Counted from the first letter of the stretch, positions 10,102 through 21,973 are shown. The stretch is DNA of 64,000 bases from an uncultured Pelagibacteraceae bacterium (GCA_902523515.1 CABYZT010000003.1:4368-68367); one strand, 5' to 3'. The notes: generated from the sequence alone by a model not told the origin. A program made the numbers and translations.

Positions 10102-11133
10102 ATGAATAAAAAAAAATTTACCTATAAAAAAAGTGGAGTTAATATTAAAGCTGCAGACAAGTTTGTTGATTTCATTTCTACAGTTTCAGCAAAAAAAAGA
10201 GGCAAAAAAAAGTTCTCTAATATAGGAGGGTTTGGTTCAATCACAAATATACCAGGTAATATTAAACAACCTAGAATAGTTGCTTGTACTGATGGGGTGG
10301 GAACTAAAATTGAAATTGCTAATACATTAAATAAATTTGATACTATTGGTATTGATCTAGTTGCTATGAGTGTAAATGATTTAATTGTTCAAGGAGCTAA
10401 ACCTTTACTTTTTTTAGATTATATTTCGATAAATAAAATTGATCTTAAAAAGCTTAAAGCAATTATAAAAGGAATTAACAAAGGGTGCGATCAATCAGAA
10501 TGTGAACTCGTTGGTGGAGAAACTGCCGAAATGCCAGGTACGTATGAAAAAGGTAAATTTGATATCGCTGGTTTTGCTGTAGGAGTTGTGGGAAAGAAAA
10601 GAATTTTAGATAAAAATAAAATAAAAAAAAACGATCTAATAGTTGCAATTCCTTCAAGTGGTTTACATTCTAATGGGTATTCTCTTGTAAGATATTTATT
10701 AAAACAAAAAAAAATAAATATTCAAAAAAATAAATTTTTAAAATCTGAGCTTCTAAAACCAACTAAAATATATGTTAAAGAAATAATGAATTTGACAAAA
10801 AAAAACTTAATAAATGGCTGTGCAAATATAACTGGGGGAGGTTTGCCTGATAATATTAAAAGAATTATACCAGATAAGTTCTCTGCGCATATAAATTTAA
10901 ATAAAATAAAAACTTCTAAAATATTTAATTGGCTTAAAAATAATGGCATTTCTGATAAAGAAATGCTTAAAACATTTAATTGTGGGGTTGGTTTTTGTCT
11001 TATTGTTGAAAGTAAAAATTTAAAAAAAATAAGTAAATTTTTTTCAAAAGAATACAAACCATATGTTATTGGAAAAATTTTAAATGGTAAAAACAAAGTT
11101 AAGTTAAATGGTTCTATCAACTGGCATCAATAG
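10102..11133 (+). CDS. purM: Phosphoribosylformylglycinamidine cyclo-ligase
   Basis: TYKKSGVNI, TDGVGTK, GIDLVAMSVND, GGETAEMPG, SSGLHSNGYSL, TFNCGVG. Confidence 0.97.
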   Translation: MNKKKFTYKKSGVNIKAADKFVDFISTVSAKKRGKKKFSNIGGFGSITNIPGNIKQPRIVACTDGVGTKIEIANTLNKFDTIGIDLVAMSVNDLIVQGAKPLLFLDYISINKIDLKKLKAIIKGINKGCDQSECELVGGETAEMPGTYEKGKFDIAGFAVGVVGKKRILDKNKIKKNDLIVAIPSSGLHSNGYSLVRYLLKQKKINIQKNKFLKSELLKPTKIYVKEIMNLTKKNLINGCANITGGGLPDNIKRIIPDKFSAHINLNKIKTSKIFNWLKNNGISDKEMLKTFNCGVGFCLIVESKNLKKISKFFSKEYKPYVIGKILNGKNKVKLNGSINWHQ

Positions 11134-11689
11134 AATTAGAACAGCTGTATTTATTTCAGGAACAGGCAGTAATTTAAAATCTTTAGTTAAATTTTCTCAA
11201 AGTAAATTTTCTCCTATATCAATTAATTTTATTTTTTCAAATAACTCTAAAGCAAAAGGTTTAAATTATGCAAAAAAATTTAAAATTAAAAAAAAAGTTT
11301 TAAATTTTAAAAACAAAAAATTAAGTGAAAATAATCTACTTTCTATTTTAAAGAAAAATAATATTGAAATGATTTGTCTAGCTGGATTTATGAAAATTTT
11401 GTCAAAAAATTTTATAAAAAAATTTAAAGGAAAAATTTTAAATATACACCCCTCTTTACTGCCTAAATATAAAGGATTAAATACTCACCAAAGAGTATTA
11501 AATAATAAGGAGAAATACTCAGGATGTACAGTTCATTTTGTTAATGCTAGATTAGACTCGGGGAAGATAATTCTACAAAAGAAAGTAAAAATTTCAAAAA
11601 AAGATACGGAGTTGTCTCTTGCTAAAAAAATTTTGGTTCAAGAACATAAGCTGTACCCAAAAGCTATATTAAAAGTTTTTAATCTTTAA
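11108..11689 (+). CDS. purN: Phosphoribosylglycinamide formyltransferase
   Basis: ISGTGSNL, CLAGFMKIL, NIHPSLLPKYKG, GCTVHFV...LDSG. Confidence 0.97.
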   Translation: MVLSTGINRIRTAVFISGTGSNLKSLVKFSQSKFSPISINFIFSNNSKAKGLNYAKKFKIKKKVLNFKNKKLSENNLLSILKKNNIEMICLAGFMKILSKNFIKKFKGKILNIHPSLLPKYKGLNTHQRVLNNKEKYSGCTVHFVNARLDSGKIILQKKVKISKKDTELSLAKKILVQEHKLYPKAILKVFNL

Positions 11690-12089
11690 AGAAAAAATCT
11701 ATTTCAATTTTAGCATTTTCAACACTATCTGATCCATGAACTGAATTTTTATCAATTGAAATTCCATATTTTTTTCGAATAGTGCCTTCTTCTGCATCTT
11801 TTGGATTTGTAGCACCCATTAATTTCCTGTTTCCCAAAACTGCATTATCTTTTTCAAGAACCATAACTACAATTGGGCCTGATGATAGGTAGTCACATAA
11901 ATCACTATAAAATGGTTTTGTTTCATGAACTTTATAAAACTTTTCTGCTTCTGATTTTTCAATTTGAATTTTTTTTTCTTTTAATATTGAAAAGCCATTA
12001 CTTTTAAACATTTGTTTAATCTCGTTCTCAAGATTTCTTTCAACAGCATCAGGTTTAATAATCGATAATGTTTGTTCTAAATCACTCAT
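11679..12089 (-). CDS. ndk: Nucleoside diphosphate kinase
   Basis: TLSIIKPDAV, MGATNP, GTIR, NSVHGSDS. Confidence 0.98.
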   Translation of the reverse strand: MSDLEQTLSIIKPDAVERNLENEIKQMFKSNGFSILKEKKIQIEKSEAEKFYKVHETKPFYSDLCDYLSSGPIVVMVLEKDNAVLGNRKLMGATNPKDAEEGTIRKKYGISIDKNSVHGSDSVENAKIEIDFFFKD

Positions 12090-13551
12090 AATTATCCTCT
12101 ATTAGTTTGTTTAATAATCTTACTCCATAACCAGTAGCACCACCTGAATTTAGTGCTCCGCCATATTTTGAAAAAGCCATACCAGCTATATCTAAATGAG
12201 CCCAAGGTGTTTTATTTAAAATAAATCTTTGTAAAAATTGAGCAGCTGTTGTAGATCCTGCTCCACCAACATAGTTAATATTTTGCATATCTGCATTTTT
12301 TGAATTAATTAGTTTATCAAAATTTTTATTTAAAGGCATTCTCCAAACTTTCTCTTCAACATTCTCACCTGCTTTAATCAATTCATTTGATAATTTATCA
12401 TTATTTGAAAATAGACCAGCGTACTCTGACCCAAGAGAAACAATAATTGCTCCTGTTAGAGTTGCTAAATCTACAATAAATTTTGGTTTAAACTTCTCTT
12501 CCGTATAAGTTAAAGCATCAGCTAAAACCAATCTTCCTTCAGCATCAGTATTTAAAATTTCAACTGTCTTCCCACTGTATGACTTTACGATATCACCTGG
12601 TCTTTGTGCATTGCCCCCAGGCATATTTTCTACAAGCCCGACTACACCCACAGCATTTATTTTTGCTTTTCTCAAAGCTAAACTTTTCATTAAACCAACC
12701 ACTACGGCAGAACCTGCCATATCATATGTCATATCTTCCATGAATTTGGCTGGTTTAAGAGAAATTCCTCCTGTATCAAAGCAAACGCCTTTTCCTACAA
12801 ATGCTAATGGTTTTGATTTATTATTTAATCCATTCCACTCCATTGTGACTAGATAAGAGCCTCTTATACTACCCTGGCCAACCCCAAGCAGAGTATTCAT
12901 ACCAAGTTTTTTTAGTTTTTTTTCATTATAAATGTTTATTTTTAAACCAATTTTTTTAAGTGAACTTAATCTTTTTGCATATTCATCAGGATGCAAAACA
13001 TTTCCAGGTTCAGAAACAAGATCTCTAGTATAAAACGTTCCCTCCTCAATTGATTTAAATTTTAATTGCTCTTTTTGAGTCGGTATATTCTTTCCAGTTA
13101 CAGTTACTGATAGCTTTTTTTCATTTTTTTTACTTTTGTATTTATCAAACTTATAAGATTTTAATTTTAAGCCATGTAAAAAATATGCAACTACGTTATT
13201 TAAGCCATTTGAAATCGTATCTGAATTCAATTCATATTCATATTGTTTATTATCTTTAAATTTTTCATAAAAATTTGCTCCTAAATTTTCTAAATCAGAG
13301 CTATTGATATTTTTTTTTATAGAAACCAAAATTATTTTTTTTTTTGAGTCTATGTCAAAATGAATAATTTTCTTTTTGAGGTCTCTTGTTTTTAATAAAT
13401 CATATATAAATGAATATTGATGATTAGAGATATGTTTTTTTAAGCTTTTAACATTAAATTTTTCGTCAACAAATAAAACCAAATTAGGCTTGTTTTTTTT
13501 TGCTAAAGTCTTCTTATAAATAATTTGAACTGACATAAATTTTAAATACAA
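12082..13551 (-). CDS. pepA: Leucyl aminopeptidase (M17)
   Basis: VGKGVCFDTGGISLKP, DMAG, NTDAEGRL, ATLTGA, WAHLDIAG. Confidence 0.96.
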   Translation of the reverse strand: MYLKFMSVQIIYKKTLAKKNKPNLVLFVDEKFNVKSLKKHISNHQYSFIYDLLKTRDLKKKIIHFDIDSKKKIILVSIKKNINSSDLENLGANFYEKFKDNKQYEYELNSDTISNGLNNVVAYFLHGLKLKSYKFDKYKSKKNEKKLSVTVTGKNIPTQKEQLKFKSIEEGTFYTRDLVSEPGNVLHPDEYAKRLSSLKKIGLKINIYNEKKLKKLGMNTLLGVGQGSIRGSYLVTMEWNGLNNKSKPLAFVGKGVCFDTGGISLKPAKFMEDMTYDMAGSAVVVGLMKSLALRKAKINAVGVVGLVENMPGGNAQRPGDIVKSYSGKTVEILNTDAEGRLVLADALTYTEEKFKPKFIVDLATLTGAIIVSLGSEYAGLFSNNDKLSNELIKAGENVEEKVWRMPLNKNFDKLINSKNADMQNINYVGGAGSTTAAQFLQRFILNKTPWAHLDIAGMAFSKYGGALNSGGATGYGVRLLNKLIEDNYE

Positions 13552-13596
13552 TCTCTACGAGATGATGTTATATAAGTGTTTAAATAGCATATTTCA

Positions 13597-14727
13597 ATGA
13601 AAAAAATTTTATTTAGAAAACTGTTACTTGACTATCTTACATTTGCTTTTTTTGCTCTTATTTCTACGAGTATAGTAATTTGGGTTTTTCAAGCTGTAAA
13701 CTATCTTGATATCATGATTGAAGACGGTAGAGATTATTTGGTTTACTTAAAATTTTCTTCACTTAATTTCCCAAAAATTTTAAGTAAAATTTTACCTTTT
13801 GTTATATTTTTTAGTATTTTTTATTTAACCACCAAATATGAGCTTAACAATGAATTAATAATATTTTGGAATTTTGGAATTCATAAAATGCAATTGGTAA
13901 ATTTTATTTTTAACATTTCAATATTCTTAATGTTATTTCAGATATTTTTAACATCTTATGTTGTGCCAAAATCACAAGATATGGCTAGATCTTTTCTTAG
14001 ATCTTCTACAGTAAATTTCTATGGCAACTTTATTAAACCACAAAAATTCAATGACACTATTAAAGGTGTCACAATATATAGCGATGGTAAAGAGCAGGAT
14101 GGAACTCTTCGTAATCTTTATCTTAAGAGAGAGCTCAAAGATAAAAAATATCAAATCACTTATGCAAAATATGGAAAATTTAAAGAAATTTTAGATACTA
14201 CAGTTCTTGTTCTTTATGATGGCGCTACAATAACAGCTAAAGATAAAGAATATTCAAATATAACTTTTTCTAAGTCTGATTTTGTATTATCAAATCTTGA
14301 AACAAACACAACTACTTATAAAAAAACACAAGAGATCTCTTCTCAAAAATTAATAAGATGTATTTTCAACTTTTATAAATATAAAAAATATATTTCAGAA
14401 GTTGAAAATTGTGGAGAAAGTAATTTTCATAATATTTTAAAAGAGTTTTATAAAAGATTTGTAATACCCATTTATATTCCACTCCTTTCTCTAATCTCAT
14501 TCATTTTAATAATTACATCTAAAGAAAGTTCTAACTATCAAAAACTTAGATTAATTACTTTTTTGATTGGTTTTGGAATTATTATTTTTTCTGAAACTAC
14601 TATTAAATTTATATCTGAATTAATTATTCACAATATTTTTTTAGGACTAATTCCATTGTTATCAATTTTATTAGTTTATTTATTTTTATATTTTAAATTT
14701 AGAGTAACCTTTAAAAGTCAAATATAA
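13597..14727 (+). CDS. lptF: LPS export permease LptF
   Basis: YjgP/YjgQ-type TM-periplasmic-TM layout, NNELIIFWNFG motif; divergent from pepA and upstream of lptG-lptD. Confidence 0.85.
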   Translation: MKKILFRKLLLDYLTFAFFALISTSIVIWVFQAVNYLDIMIEDGRDYLVYLKFSSLNFPKILSKILPFVIFFSIFYLTTKYELNNELIIFWNFGIHKMQLVNFIFNISIFLMLFQIFLTSYVVPKSQDMARSFLRSSTVNFYGNFIKPQKFNDTIKGVTIYSDGKEQDGTLRNLYLKRELKDKKYQITYAKYGKFKEILDTTVLVLYDGATITAKDKEYSNITFSKSDFVLSNLETNTTTYKKTQEISSQKLIRCIFNFYKYKKYISEVENCGESNFHNILKEFYKRFVIPIYIPLLSLISFILIITSKESSNYQKLRLITFLIGFGIIIFSETTIKFISELIIHNIFLGLIPLLSILLVYLFLYFKFRVTFKSQI

Positions 14728-15800
14728 TGAAAACTTATATAAAATTTATTTCACTAATTTATCTAAAATCACTTTTTTTTGTTTTTTTTATCATGACCAG
14801 CCTAGTTTTTATTCTTAATCTATTAAGTGAAATGGAATTTTTCAAAAACGAGAATGTTACTGTTAGTTTTACCTTGTTTTTATCTTTGCTAAATTCACCA
14901 TCTTTAATTTTTGAGATGTTTCCGTTTATTATGCTAATAACTATTCAGCTTTTCTTTATAAAAATTTTTGAAAATAAAGAGTTAGATATATTTAAATATT
15001 CTGGATTAAAAAATTCATCAATAATTTATATAATTAGTGTCTTGAGTATAATTACTGGTATTTTAACTGTTTCATTATTTTACAATGTTTCATCAAATAT
15101 GAAAAACATATATTTAGAACTTAAGTCAAAATATACAAGTGACGGTAAATATCTTGCTGTAATAACAAAAAATGGACTTTGGATAAAAGATAATATTGAT
15201 AATCAAATCATAATGACAAATTCAGCTTCAGTGGAACAAAATTATCTTATTAATAGCTTTATTACTATTTTTAACGAAGATTTTAGCGTTATTAAAAATA
15301 TAAAAAGTGAAAAAATAGATATTTCTACAAAAAATTGGAAAATAAAAAATCCTAGAATATATCAATTAAATAATTATGTTGATAAAAGTGAAATTCAGTT
15401 AAAAACAAATTTTGATTTAAATAGAATTCAAACTCTTTATTCAAATCTATCGTCACTAAATCTATTTGAGCTATATGAATTAAGAAAAAATTATAAAAAA
15501 TTAAAATATTCTTTAACGGATATAGATTTGCATATTTTAAAACTTATTTCATTTCCAATATATTTGTTGTTGATGGCTTTATTTTCTGCACTAATAATGC
15601 TTAATATAAAAAAGATTAAAAGTACTACATTTAAGATATTTATAGGTTTATTTTTTTCAGTGATAATTTATTATTTAAATAATTTTTCTTTTGTGTTAGG
15701 CGGAACTGAAAGAATACCTGTGACTTTTTCAATTATTACGCCCTTGTTATTTTTGGCAACAATAAGTTGTTTAATGTTATATAGAGTGAATGATAAGTGA
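14727..15800 (+). CDS. lptG: LPS export permease LptG
   Basis: ELDIFKYSGL, GLWIKD periplasmic motif; second YjgP/Q paralog. Confidence 0.85.
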   Translation: MKTYIKFISLIYLKSLFFVFFIMTSLVFILNLLSEMEFFKNENVTVSFTLFLSLLNSPSLIFEMFPFIMLITIQLFFIKIFENKELDIFKYSGLKNSSIIYIISVLSIITGILTVSLFYNVSSNMKNIYLELKSKYTSDGKYLAVITKNGLWIKDNIDNQIIMTNSASVEQNYLINSFITIFNEDFSVIKNIKSEKIDISTKNWKIKNPRIYQLNNYVDKSEIQLKTNFDLNRIQTLYSNLSSLNLFELYELRKNYKKLKYSLTDIDLHILKLISFPIYLLLMALFSALIMLNIKKIKSTTFKIFIGLFFSVIIYYLNNFSFVLGGTERIPVTFSIITPLLFLATISCLMLYRVNDK

Positions 15801-18390
15801 AGTGATGAAGTTTATTTTATTTTTATTTATCTATTTGGTTAGTTCAAACGTTTCTGCCGAACAGTTTAATTTTGATGTAACTGAATTAGAAATTCTTGAA
15901 AATGGCAATAAATTTATTGGATCTGAAAGAGGAAAAATTACAACAAAAGATGGGATTTATATTGAGGCAGATAGATTTGAATTTATTAAAAATCAAAATT
16001 TATTGAATGCAAGTGGAAGTGTAAAAGTAGTTGATGAGCTGAAAAATTATATAATTTTCTCAGATAATATAATTTATAAAAAAAATGAGGAATTGATTTT
16101 TACTAAAAGTAATTCAAGAGCAATAAGTATAAACGATAGTTTAGAGATTAATGCAAATGATTTTAAATTTTTCAGAAATAAAAATATTTTGAGAGCAGAA
16201 AAAAATGTAACATTAGAAGATAAAATAGAAAACTACAAAATAAACTCTAATTTTATCTCTTATGATATAAATTTAAATAAAATAAATTCAAAAGGTAAAA
16301 CTTCAGGGGTAATACACTCAAAGTATAATTTCAATTCTGAAGATGTGATTTTTCTAAGAAATAGTATGGAAATTAGTTCAAAAAAAAATACATCCTTAAG
16401 AGATAAGTTAAATTTATATAATTTAACAAATTTCAAATATTTAATTAACAAAGAGGAGCTTAGAGGAGAGAATATAACTGTACAATCAAATTATAATTTA
16501 CCTAAAAGTGATAAATTTTATTTTGATAGAGCAATAATTGATTTAAAGAGTCAAAATTTTCTTGCTGAAAATACAGAGATTAAAATTCATAAGGATATAT
16601 TTAATAACACAGAAAATGACCCTAGATTAAAAGGAGTTTCGTCAAGCAAAAAAGGTGAAATAACTAAAATTAAAAAAGGAATTTTTACTAGTTGTGGTAA
16701 AAGAGACGGATGTCCACCGTGGAGTATACAAGCAGATGAAATAATTCATGATAAAGAAAAAAGGAATTTATTTTACAATAATGCTACAGTTAAAATTTAT
16801 GATATCCCTGTTTTTTATTTTCCAAAATTTTTTCATCCTGACCCAAGTGTAAAAAGACAAACAGGTTTTCTTAAACCTAAAATAAATAAATCAAATGTGA
16901 TAGGAAATACGATAAATTTACCTTATTATCAGGTTATTTCAGACAATAAAGACTTTACTTTTAGCCCAACAATTTCTGATAGTGGAGCTAAAATTTTTCA
17001 GGGTGAATATAGACAAGAAAATAGATATTCTTCTTTAATAGCTGATGTAGGATTTGTTAATAATTTCAAATCAAATTATTCAAATAATAAAAAAAATATA
17101 ATTCATCTATTTGCTAAATCAGAGTTAGAATTAAACTATGAAAACTTTAATAGCTCGAAGTTAGAATTATTTATTGAAAAAACAAATAAAGATACTTATT
17201 TGAAAATTTTTGATAGTCATTTGATTAACAATAAAACAAAGCCTAAAGATCCAAATGTTTTATCTTCAGGAGTAAATCTTAACTTAAGTAATGAAAAATT
17301 TAGTCTAGAAACTGGCTTCTCAGCATATGAAGATTTAAACAAGCGTCAAAACGATAGATATCAATATACATTACCTTATTTTAAGTATGACTCATTTTTA
17401 CCAAATAAATATGGAACAATTAATATATTTTCTAATGGTAATAATACTCTTCAGAATACAAATAACCTAAGAACAAGAATAATTAATGATATTAACTTTT
17501 CTTCAAATGATTATCTAATCAGTAATTCAGGTTTTAAAAGTAATTTAAATTTTTTTATTAAAAATGTAAATACAGTCGCAAAGGAAGATAGTATTTATAA
17601 ATCAAGTCCACAGTCAGAGATTATGAATATTTTAGAATTTAATACAGCATATCCTCTTAAGAAAAACACAGAGAATAAAATTAAATTATTAACACCTAAA
17701 GCTTCTTTTAGATTTAACCCTGGAGATATGAAAAATCACTCAAATTCAGATAAAACAATTAATATAAATAATATTTTTTCAGTTGATAGATTGGGAATAG
17801 AAGACTCTCTTGAGAGTGGCAAATCATTAACGTTGGGGTTAGATTATACAAGTGATAACACTGAACAAAAAAATACAATCAATGCTAAACTTGCCACTGT
17901 AATAAGAGATAAGGAGGAGAACACAATTCCTAAAAAAACATCACTAAATAATAAAAATTCGTATCTTTTTGGTGCAATATCCTATGAAAGAAATAATTTA
18001 ATTGATTTAGAATATAACTTTGCCTCTGACGATAGCTTAAATAATGTTAAATATCATGATTTAGGAATTAATATTTCATTAAATAATTTTGTTACAAATT
18101 TTAATTTCATTGAAGAAAATGATTTAGTAGGTACTGCACATATAATTGAAAATACCTCAACATTTAATTTTAATGAAAATAATTTTTTATCTTTTAAAAC
18201 TAGGAAAAATAAAGAAATTAATTTAACTGAATATTATGATTTAATTTATGAATATAAAAATGATTGTTTAACTGCAGGTTTAAAATTCAAGAAAACATTT
18301 TATCAAGATAGGGATCTTCAGCCATCAGAAGATATATTTTTTTACATAACCTTGATACCACTAACAACAATAGAGCAAAGTATTAATTAA
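15790..18390 (+). CDS. lptD: LPS-assembly outer-membrane protein LptD (start may be ATG 15805)
   Basis: FTSC...CPPWSIQA, PVFYFPKFFHPDPSVKRQTGFLKP, YEYKNDCL; precedes surA-pdxA-rsmA. Confidence 0.92.
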   Translation: MISEVMKFILFLFIYLVSSNVSAEQFNFDVTELEILENGNKFIGSERGKITTKDGIYIEADRFEFIKNQNLLNASGSVKVVDELKNYIIFSDNIIYKKNEELIFTKSNSRAISINDSLEINANDFKFFRNKNILRAEKNVTLEDKIENYKINSNFISYDINLNKINSKGKTSGVIHSKYNFNSEDVIFLRNSMEISSKKNTSLRDKLNLYNLTNFKYLINKEELRGENITVQSNYNLPKSDKFYFDRAIIDLKSQNFLAENTEIKIHKDIFNNTENDPRLKGVSSSKKGEITKIKKGIFTSCGKRDGCPPWSIQADEIIHDKEKRNLFYNNATVKIYDIPVFYFPKFFHPDPSVKRQTGFLKPKINKSNVIGNTINLPYYQVISDNKDFTFSPTISDSGAKIFQGEYRQENRYSSLIADVGFVNNFKSNYSNNKKNIIHLFAKSELELNYENFNSSKLELFIEKTNKDTYLKIFDSHLINNKTKPKDPNVLSSGVNLNLSNEKFSLETGFSAYEDLNKRQNDRYQYTLPYFKYDSFLPNKYGTINIFSNGNNTLQNTNNLRTRIINDINFSSNDYLISNSGFKSNLNFFIKNVNTVAKEDSIYKSSPQSEIMNILEFNTAYPLKKNTENKIKLLTPKASFRFNPGDMKNHSNSDKTININNIFSVDRLGIEDSLESGKSLTLGLDYTSDNTEQKNTINAKLATVIRDKEENTIPKKTSLNNKNSYLFGAISYERNNLIDLEYNFASDDSLNNVKYHDLGINISLNNFVTNFNFIEENDLVGTAHIIENTSTFNFNENNFLSFKTRKNKEINLTEYYDLIYEYKNDCLTAGLKFKKTFYQDRDLQPSEDIFFYITLIPLTTIEQSIN

Positions 18391-18437
18391 ATTTAGTAAA
18401 GATGGAATTAAAATTAAGCATTATTTATAAATAACTC

Positions 18438-19367
18438 ATGAAATTTGTAAAATTAATTATAATTTTGTTATTATTTGGATTGATTTCTAATGTCTCTAAA
18501 AGTGTTGAAAATAAAATTGAGCTAAAAATTGACAACCAAATTATTACTAGTTTTGACATAAAAAAAGAGAAGCGCTATCTAGTAAGTCTAAATCCTAATA
18601 TTAAAAAATTGTCTGATGATCAATTATATATTATGTCCAAAAATTCACTTGTTAGGGAGAAAATAAAAAAAATTGAAGTACTTAAAAATTTTAATTCTAT
18701 TGATGTAAATCAAGAAATTATAGATCAATTTATTCAAGATATGATTTATAAAGTCAATCTTAGTTCAAAAAAACAATTTCTAGATTATATAAAAACAAAA
18801 AAATTAAGTTTGGATTATCTGGAAGAAAAAATAAAAATGGAAATTATGTGGAATAGATTAATTTATTTTAGATATAGTGATAAAGTAAAAATTGATACTG
18901 ATGAAATAAAAAAGCAAATTTTAAAGAATAAAAAAACAGAGTCAAAACAATATTTTTTACAAGAAATTCTCTTTGATGTTAAAGAAAATGAAAATTTAAA
19001 TTTAAAACATAAACAAATTAAGAAAAGCATTGAAGAGGAAGGTTTTGAAAAATCTGCTTTGCTATATAGCGTATCTGATACATCAAAAAATAATGGAAAT
19101 ATTGGATGGGTTGATTCAAATGTATTAAATAAAAATATTTATAATGAAATAAAAGAACTTAATATTGGTGATTATTCAAATATTATTACTATTCCAGGTG
19201 GTTTTTTAATTTTAAAAATAATAGATACAAAAAAAATAGAAAAAGAAATTGATATTGAAAAAGAATTAAAAAAAGTAGTACAAAAGAAAATGAACGAACA
19301 ACTAAATCAATATTCTTTAATTTATTTTAATAAAGTAAAAAAAAATATAAATATAGATGAGCTATAA
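18438..19367 (+). CDS. surA: SurA-like periplasmic chaperone/PPIase
   Basis: Signal peptide, IITSFDI, FEKSALLYS...NGNIGWV parvulin-like motif; synteny. Confidence 0.82.
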   Translation: MKFVKLIIILLLFGLISNVSKSVENKIELKIDNQIITSFDIKKEKRYLVSLNPNIKKLSDDQLYIMSKNSLVREKIKKIEVLKNFNSIDVNQEIIDQFIQDMIYKVNLSSKKQFLDYIKTKKLSLDYLEEKIKMEIMWNRLIYFRYSDKVKIDTDEIKKQILKNKKTESKQYFLQEILFDVKENENLNLKHKQIKKSIEEEGFEKSALLYSVSDTSKNNGNIGWVDSNVLNKNIYNEIKELNIGDYSNIITIPGGFLILKIIDTKKIEKEIDIEKELKKVVQKKMNEQLNQYSLIYFNKVKKNINIDEL

Positions 19368-20322
19368 GCCAATTATAATAATAAATGGAGAGCCTAATAG
19401 TATTTTTTTAGAAATTTTTTTGAAATCCTTAAAAAAAAAAATTAAAAGCCCTATCATTTTAATATCATCACTTAAGCTTTTAATGTTTTATATGAAAAAA
19501 TTTAAATTTAATGATAAGAAAATAAACTTAATTAATTATGAAAACATATATGAGAAAAAATTAAACAATAGTTCTATTAACTTAGTTGATGTTGAATTTA
19601 AATTTGAAAAAAATATTAACAAAATTTCTTATAGATCAAAAAACTTTATTGAAAAATCCTTTGAAATTGGTTTAAAAATTATTAAAGAGGGTAAAACACA
19701 TAAATTTATTAATGGACCAATATCAAAGAAAAGTTTTCTTAGTAAAAAATATCCTGGAATAACAGAATATATCGCAAGAAAAACTGGCATTAAAAAATAT
19801 GCAATGCTAATCTATAATAAAGATTTATCTGTTTGTCCCCTTACAACACACATTCCTATTAAAAATGTTCCAAAAAAAATTAATAAAAAAAATATTTGTG
19901 AAAAAGTTTTTTTGATAAATTCATTCTACAAAAAATATAGAGGTTTAAAACCCAAAATTGGTATATTGGGTCTTAATCCTCATTGTGAAAGTATTAACAA
20001 GTTTAACGAAGACGAAAAAATTATAAAACCAACAGTTAAATATTTAATTAAATTAGGTTATAAAGTATCAGGTCCTTATTCAGCAGATACAATATTTTTA
20101 AAACAAAATAGAAAAAAATTCGACGTAATTTTAGGCATGTATCACGATCAAGTTTTAACTCCTCTTAAAACATTATATGAATATGACGCTTTCAATATCA
20201 CTATTGGCTTACCCTTTATGCGAATATCGCCTGATCATGGCCCTAATGAAAAAATGCTAGGAAAAAATATCTCTGATCCAACAAGTCTTATCAATGCAAT
20301 AAAATTTTTGGATAAAAATTGA
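19357..20322 (+). CDS. pdxA: 4-hydroxythreonine-4-phosphate dehydrogenase
   Basis: TTHIP, GLNPHC, GPYSADT, MYHDQ, RISPDHG. Confidence 0.93.
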   Translation: MSYKPIIIINGEPNSIFLEIFLKSLKKKIKSPIILISSLKLLMFYMKKFKFNDKKINLINYENIYEKKLNNSSINLVDVEFKFEKNINKISYRSKNFIEKSFEIGLKIIKEGKTHKFINGPISKKSFLSKKYPGITEYIARKTGIKKYAMLIYNKDLSVCPLTTHIPIKNVPKKINKKNICEKVFLINSFYKKYRGLKPKIGILGLNPHCESINKFNEDEKIIKPTVKYLIKLGYKVSGPYSADTIFLKQNRKKFDVILGMYHDQVLTPLKTLYEYDAFNITIGLPFMRISPDHGPNEKMLGKNISDPTSLINAIKFLDKN

Positions 20323-21104
20323 TCAAAGCAAAAAAAAGCTTAGGTCAAAATTTTTTAATTGACAAAAATATATTAGAAAAAATTACAAGCATAACTGACA
20401 TTGAAAACAAAACAATTCTTGAAATTGGACCAGGCACTGGAAACCTGACATCGCATATACTTAAAAAAAAACCAAAAAAAATGATTGTAATTGAAAAAGA
20501 TAATGAGCTTGCAGCTAATCTTGAAAATAAATTTAAAAATCAGGTTACAATTATAAATAATGATGTTTTAAAAGTAGATGAAACAAAACTCTTTAAAGAT
20601 AAGGTCATAGTTTTTGGTAATTTACCTTATAATGTTTCAACTGAAATTTTGAGTAAATGGATAATAAATTTAAAAGAGCATTTTTGGTTTGAATGCCTAA
20701 TTTTAATGTTTCAGAAAGAAGTCGCAGATAGAATAATTGCTGAATTTAATACATCAAACTATGGAAGACTCTCGATAATTTGCAATTGGAAACTAAATAT
20801 AAAAAAAATTATTGATATAAAGCCAAGCGCATTTTTTCCAAAGCCAAAAATAGATAGCTCCTTATTAATTTTTTACCCAAAAAAAAAATTTGTTAAAATT
20901 AAAGATCCATATAACTTAGAAAAAATTACTAGAATTTTTTTTAATCAAAGAAGGAAAATGTTAAAAAAACCTTTTAATCAACTTTTTAATGGAGATCAAA
21001 GAGTTTTAGATAAACTTAAGATTGATTTAACACTGAGACCACAAAATATAAATTTAGATACCTATTACAAACTAGCATTTGAATATGAAAATCTAAACAG
21101 TTAG
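20319..21104 (+). CDS. rsmA: 16S rRNA m6,2A dimethyltransferase
   Basis: [39 protein letters not shown]; TTG start. Confidence 0.96.
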   Translation: MIKAKKSLGQNFLIDKNILEKITSITDIENKTILEIGPGTGNLTSHILKKKPKKMIVIEKDNELAANLENKFKNQVTIINNDVLKVDETKLFKDKVIVFGNLPYNVSTEILSKWIINLKEHFWFECLILMFQKEVADRIIAEFNTSNYGRLSIICNWKLNIKKIIDIKPSAFFPKPKIDSSLLIFYPKKKFVKIKDPYNLEKITRIFFNQRRKMLKKPFNQLFNGDQRVLDKLKIDLTLRPQNINLDTYYKLAFEYENLNS

Positions 21105-21725
21105 TTTGTCAACATGGCTTCTAATATAATCTATATCGTAATCTTTAGAGCCATTGTTTATTACTGCATCTATCAAATTAGTTATTTTGTTATAGCATTC
21201 ATTTAAATCATTATTTATAACTACATAGTCATAATTTATCCAATGCAATACATCTCTTTCAAATTGTTTCATTCTTTCTTGGGCAATTAAATTATCAGTT
21301 GAATGTCGTTTAGATAATCTTTCAAACAAAACTTCTTTACTAGGAGGAAGTATAAAAAAAGTGATCAATTTATAATCTAATTTTTTATTCTTAATTTGAT
21401 CTGCTCCCTGCCAATCAATATCGAACAGGACATTTTTTCCTTTATTTAATTTGTCAATAACTGGTGTTCTTGTTGTACCATAAAAATTATTGAATACTTT
21501 TGCATATTCAAGAAACTCTTCATTTTGTATTAATCTTTTAAATTCTAACTTATCAACAAAAAAATAATCTACGTTTTGGTTTTCATTAGGTCTAGGCTGT
21601 CTAGTAGTATGGGATATGGAGATTTCAAAATTATTTTTTTCGGAAAGCTTTTTAACCAGAGTAGTTTTTCCCGCTCCCGACGGAGAGGATAAAATTATCA
21701 TTACCCCATCTTTGTGTGAGGGCAT
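21093..21725 (-). CDS. gmk: Guanylate kinase
   Basis: [29 protein letters not shown]. Confidence 0.97.
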   Translation of the reverse strand: MPSHKDGVMIILSSPSGAGKTTLVKKLSEKNNFEISISHTTRQPRPNENQNVDYFFVDKLEFKRLIQNEEFLEYAKVFNNFYGTTRTPVIDKLNKGKNVLFDIDWQGADQIKNKKLDYKLITFFILPPSKEVLFERLSKRHSTDNLIAQERMKQFERDVLHWINYDYVVINNDLNECYNKITNLIDAVINNGSKDYDIDYIRSHVDKLTV

Positions 21726-21733
21726 TAAAAATT

Positions 21734-21973
21734 CTAGTTAGCTTTTCCTTCGATGAATTTAACAGCATCACCTACAGTTAAAATTTTCTCAGCTTCACTG
21801 TCTGAAATTTCAGATCCGAATTCTTCCTCGAAAGCCATAACTAATTCAACTGTATCTAAACTATCAGCACCCAAATCGTCTATAAAACTAGACTCTTCAG
21901 TTACTTTTGCTTCATCGATACCTAAGTGATCTGCTACAATTTTTTTTACTTTGCTTGAAACGTCTTCTGACAT
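21734..21973 (-). CDS. acpP: Acyl carrier protein
   Basis: [20 protein letters not shown]. Confidence 0.98.
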   Translation of the reverse strand: MSEDVSSKVKKIVADHLGIDEAKVTEESSFIDDLGADSLDTVELVMAFEEEFGSEISDSEAEKILTVGDAVKFIEGKAN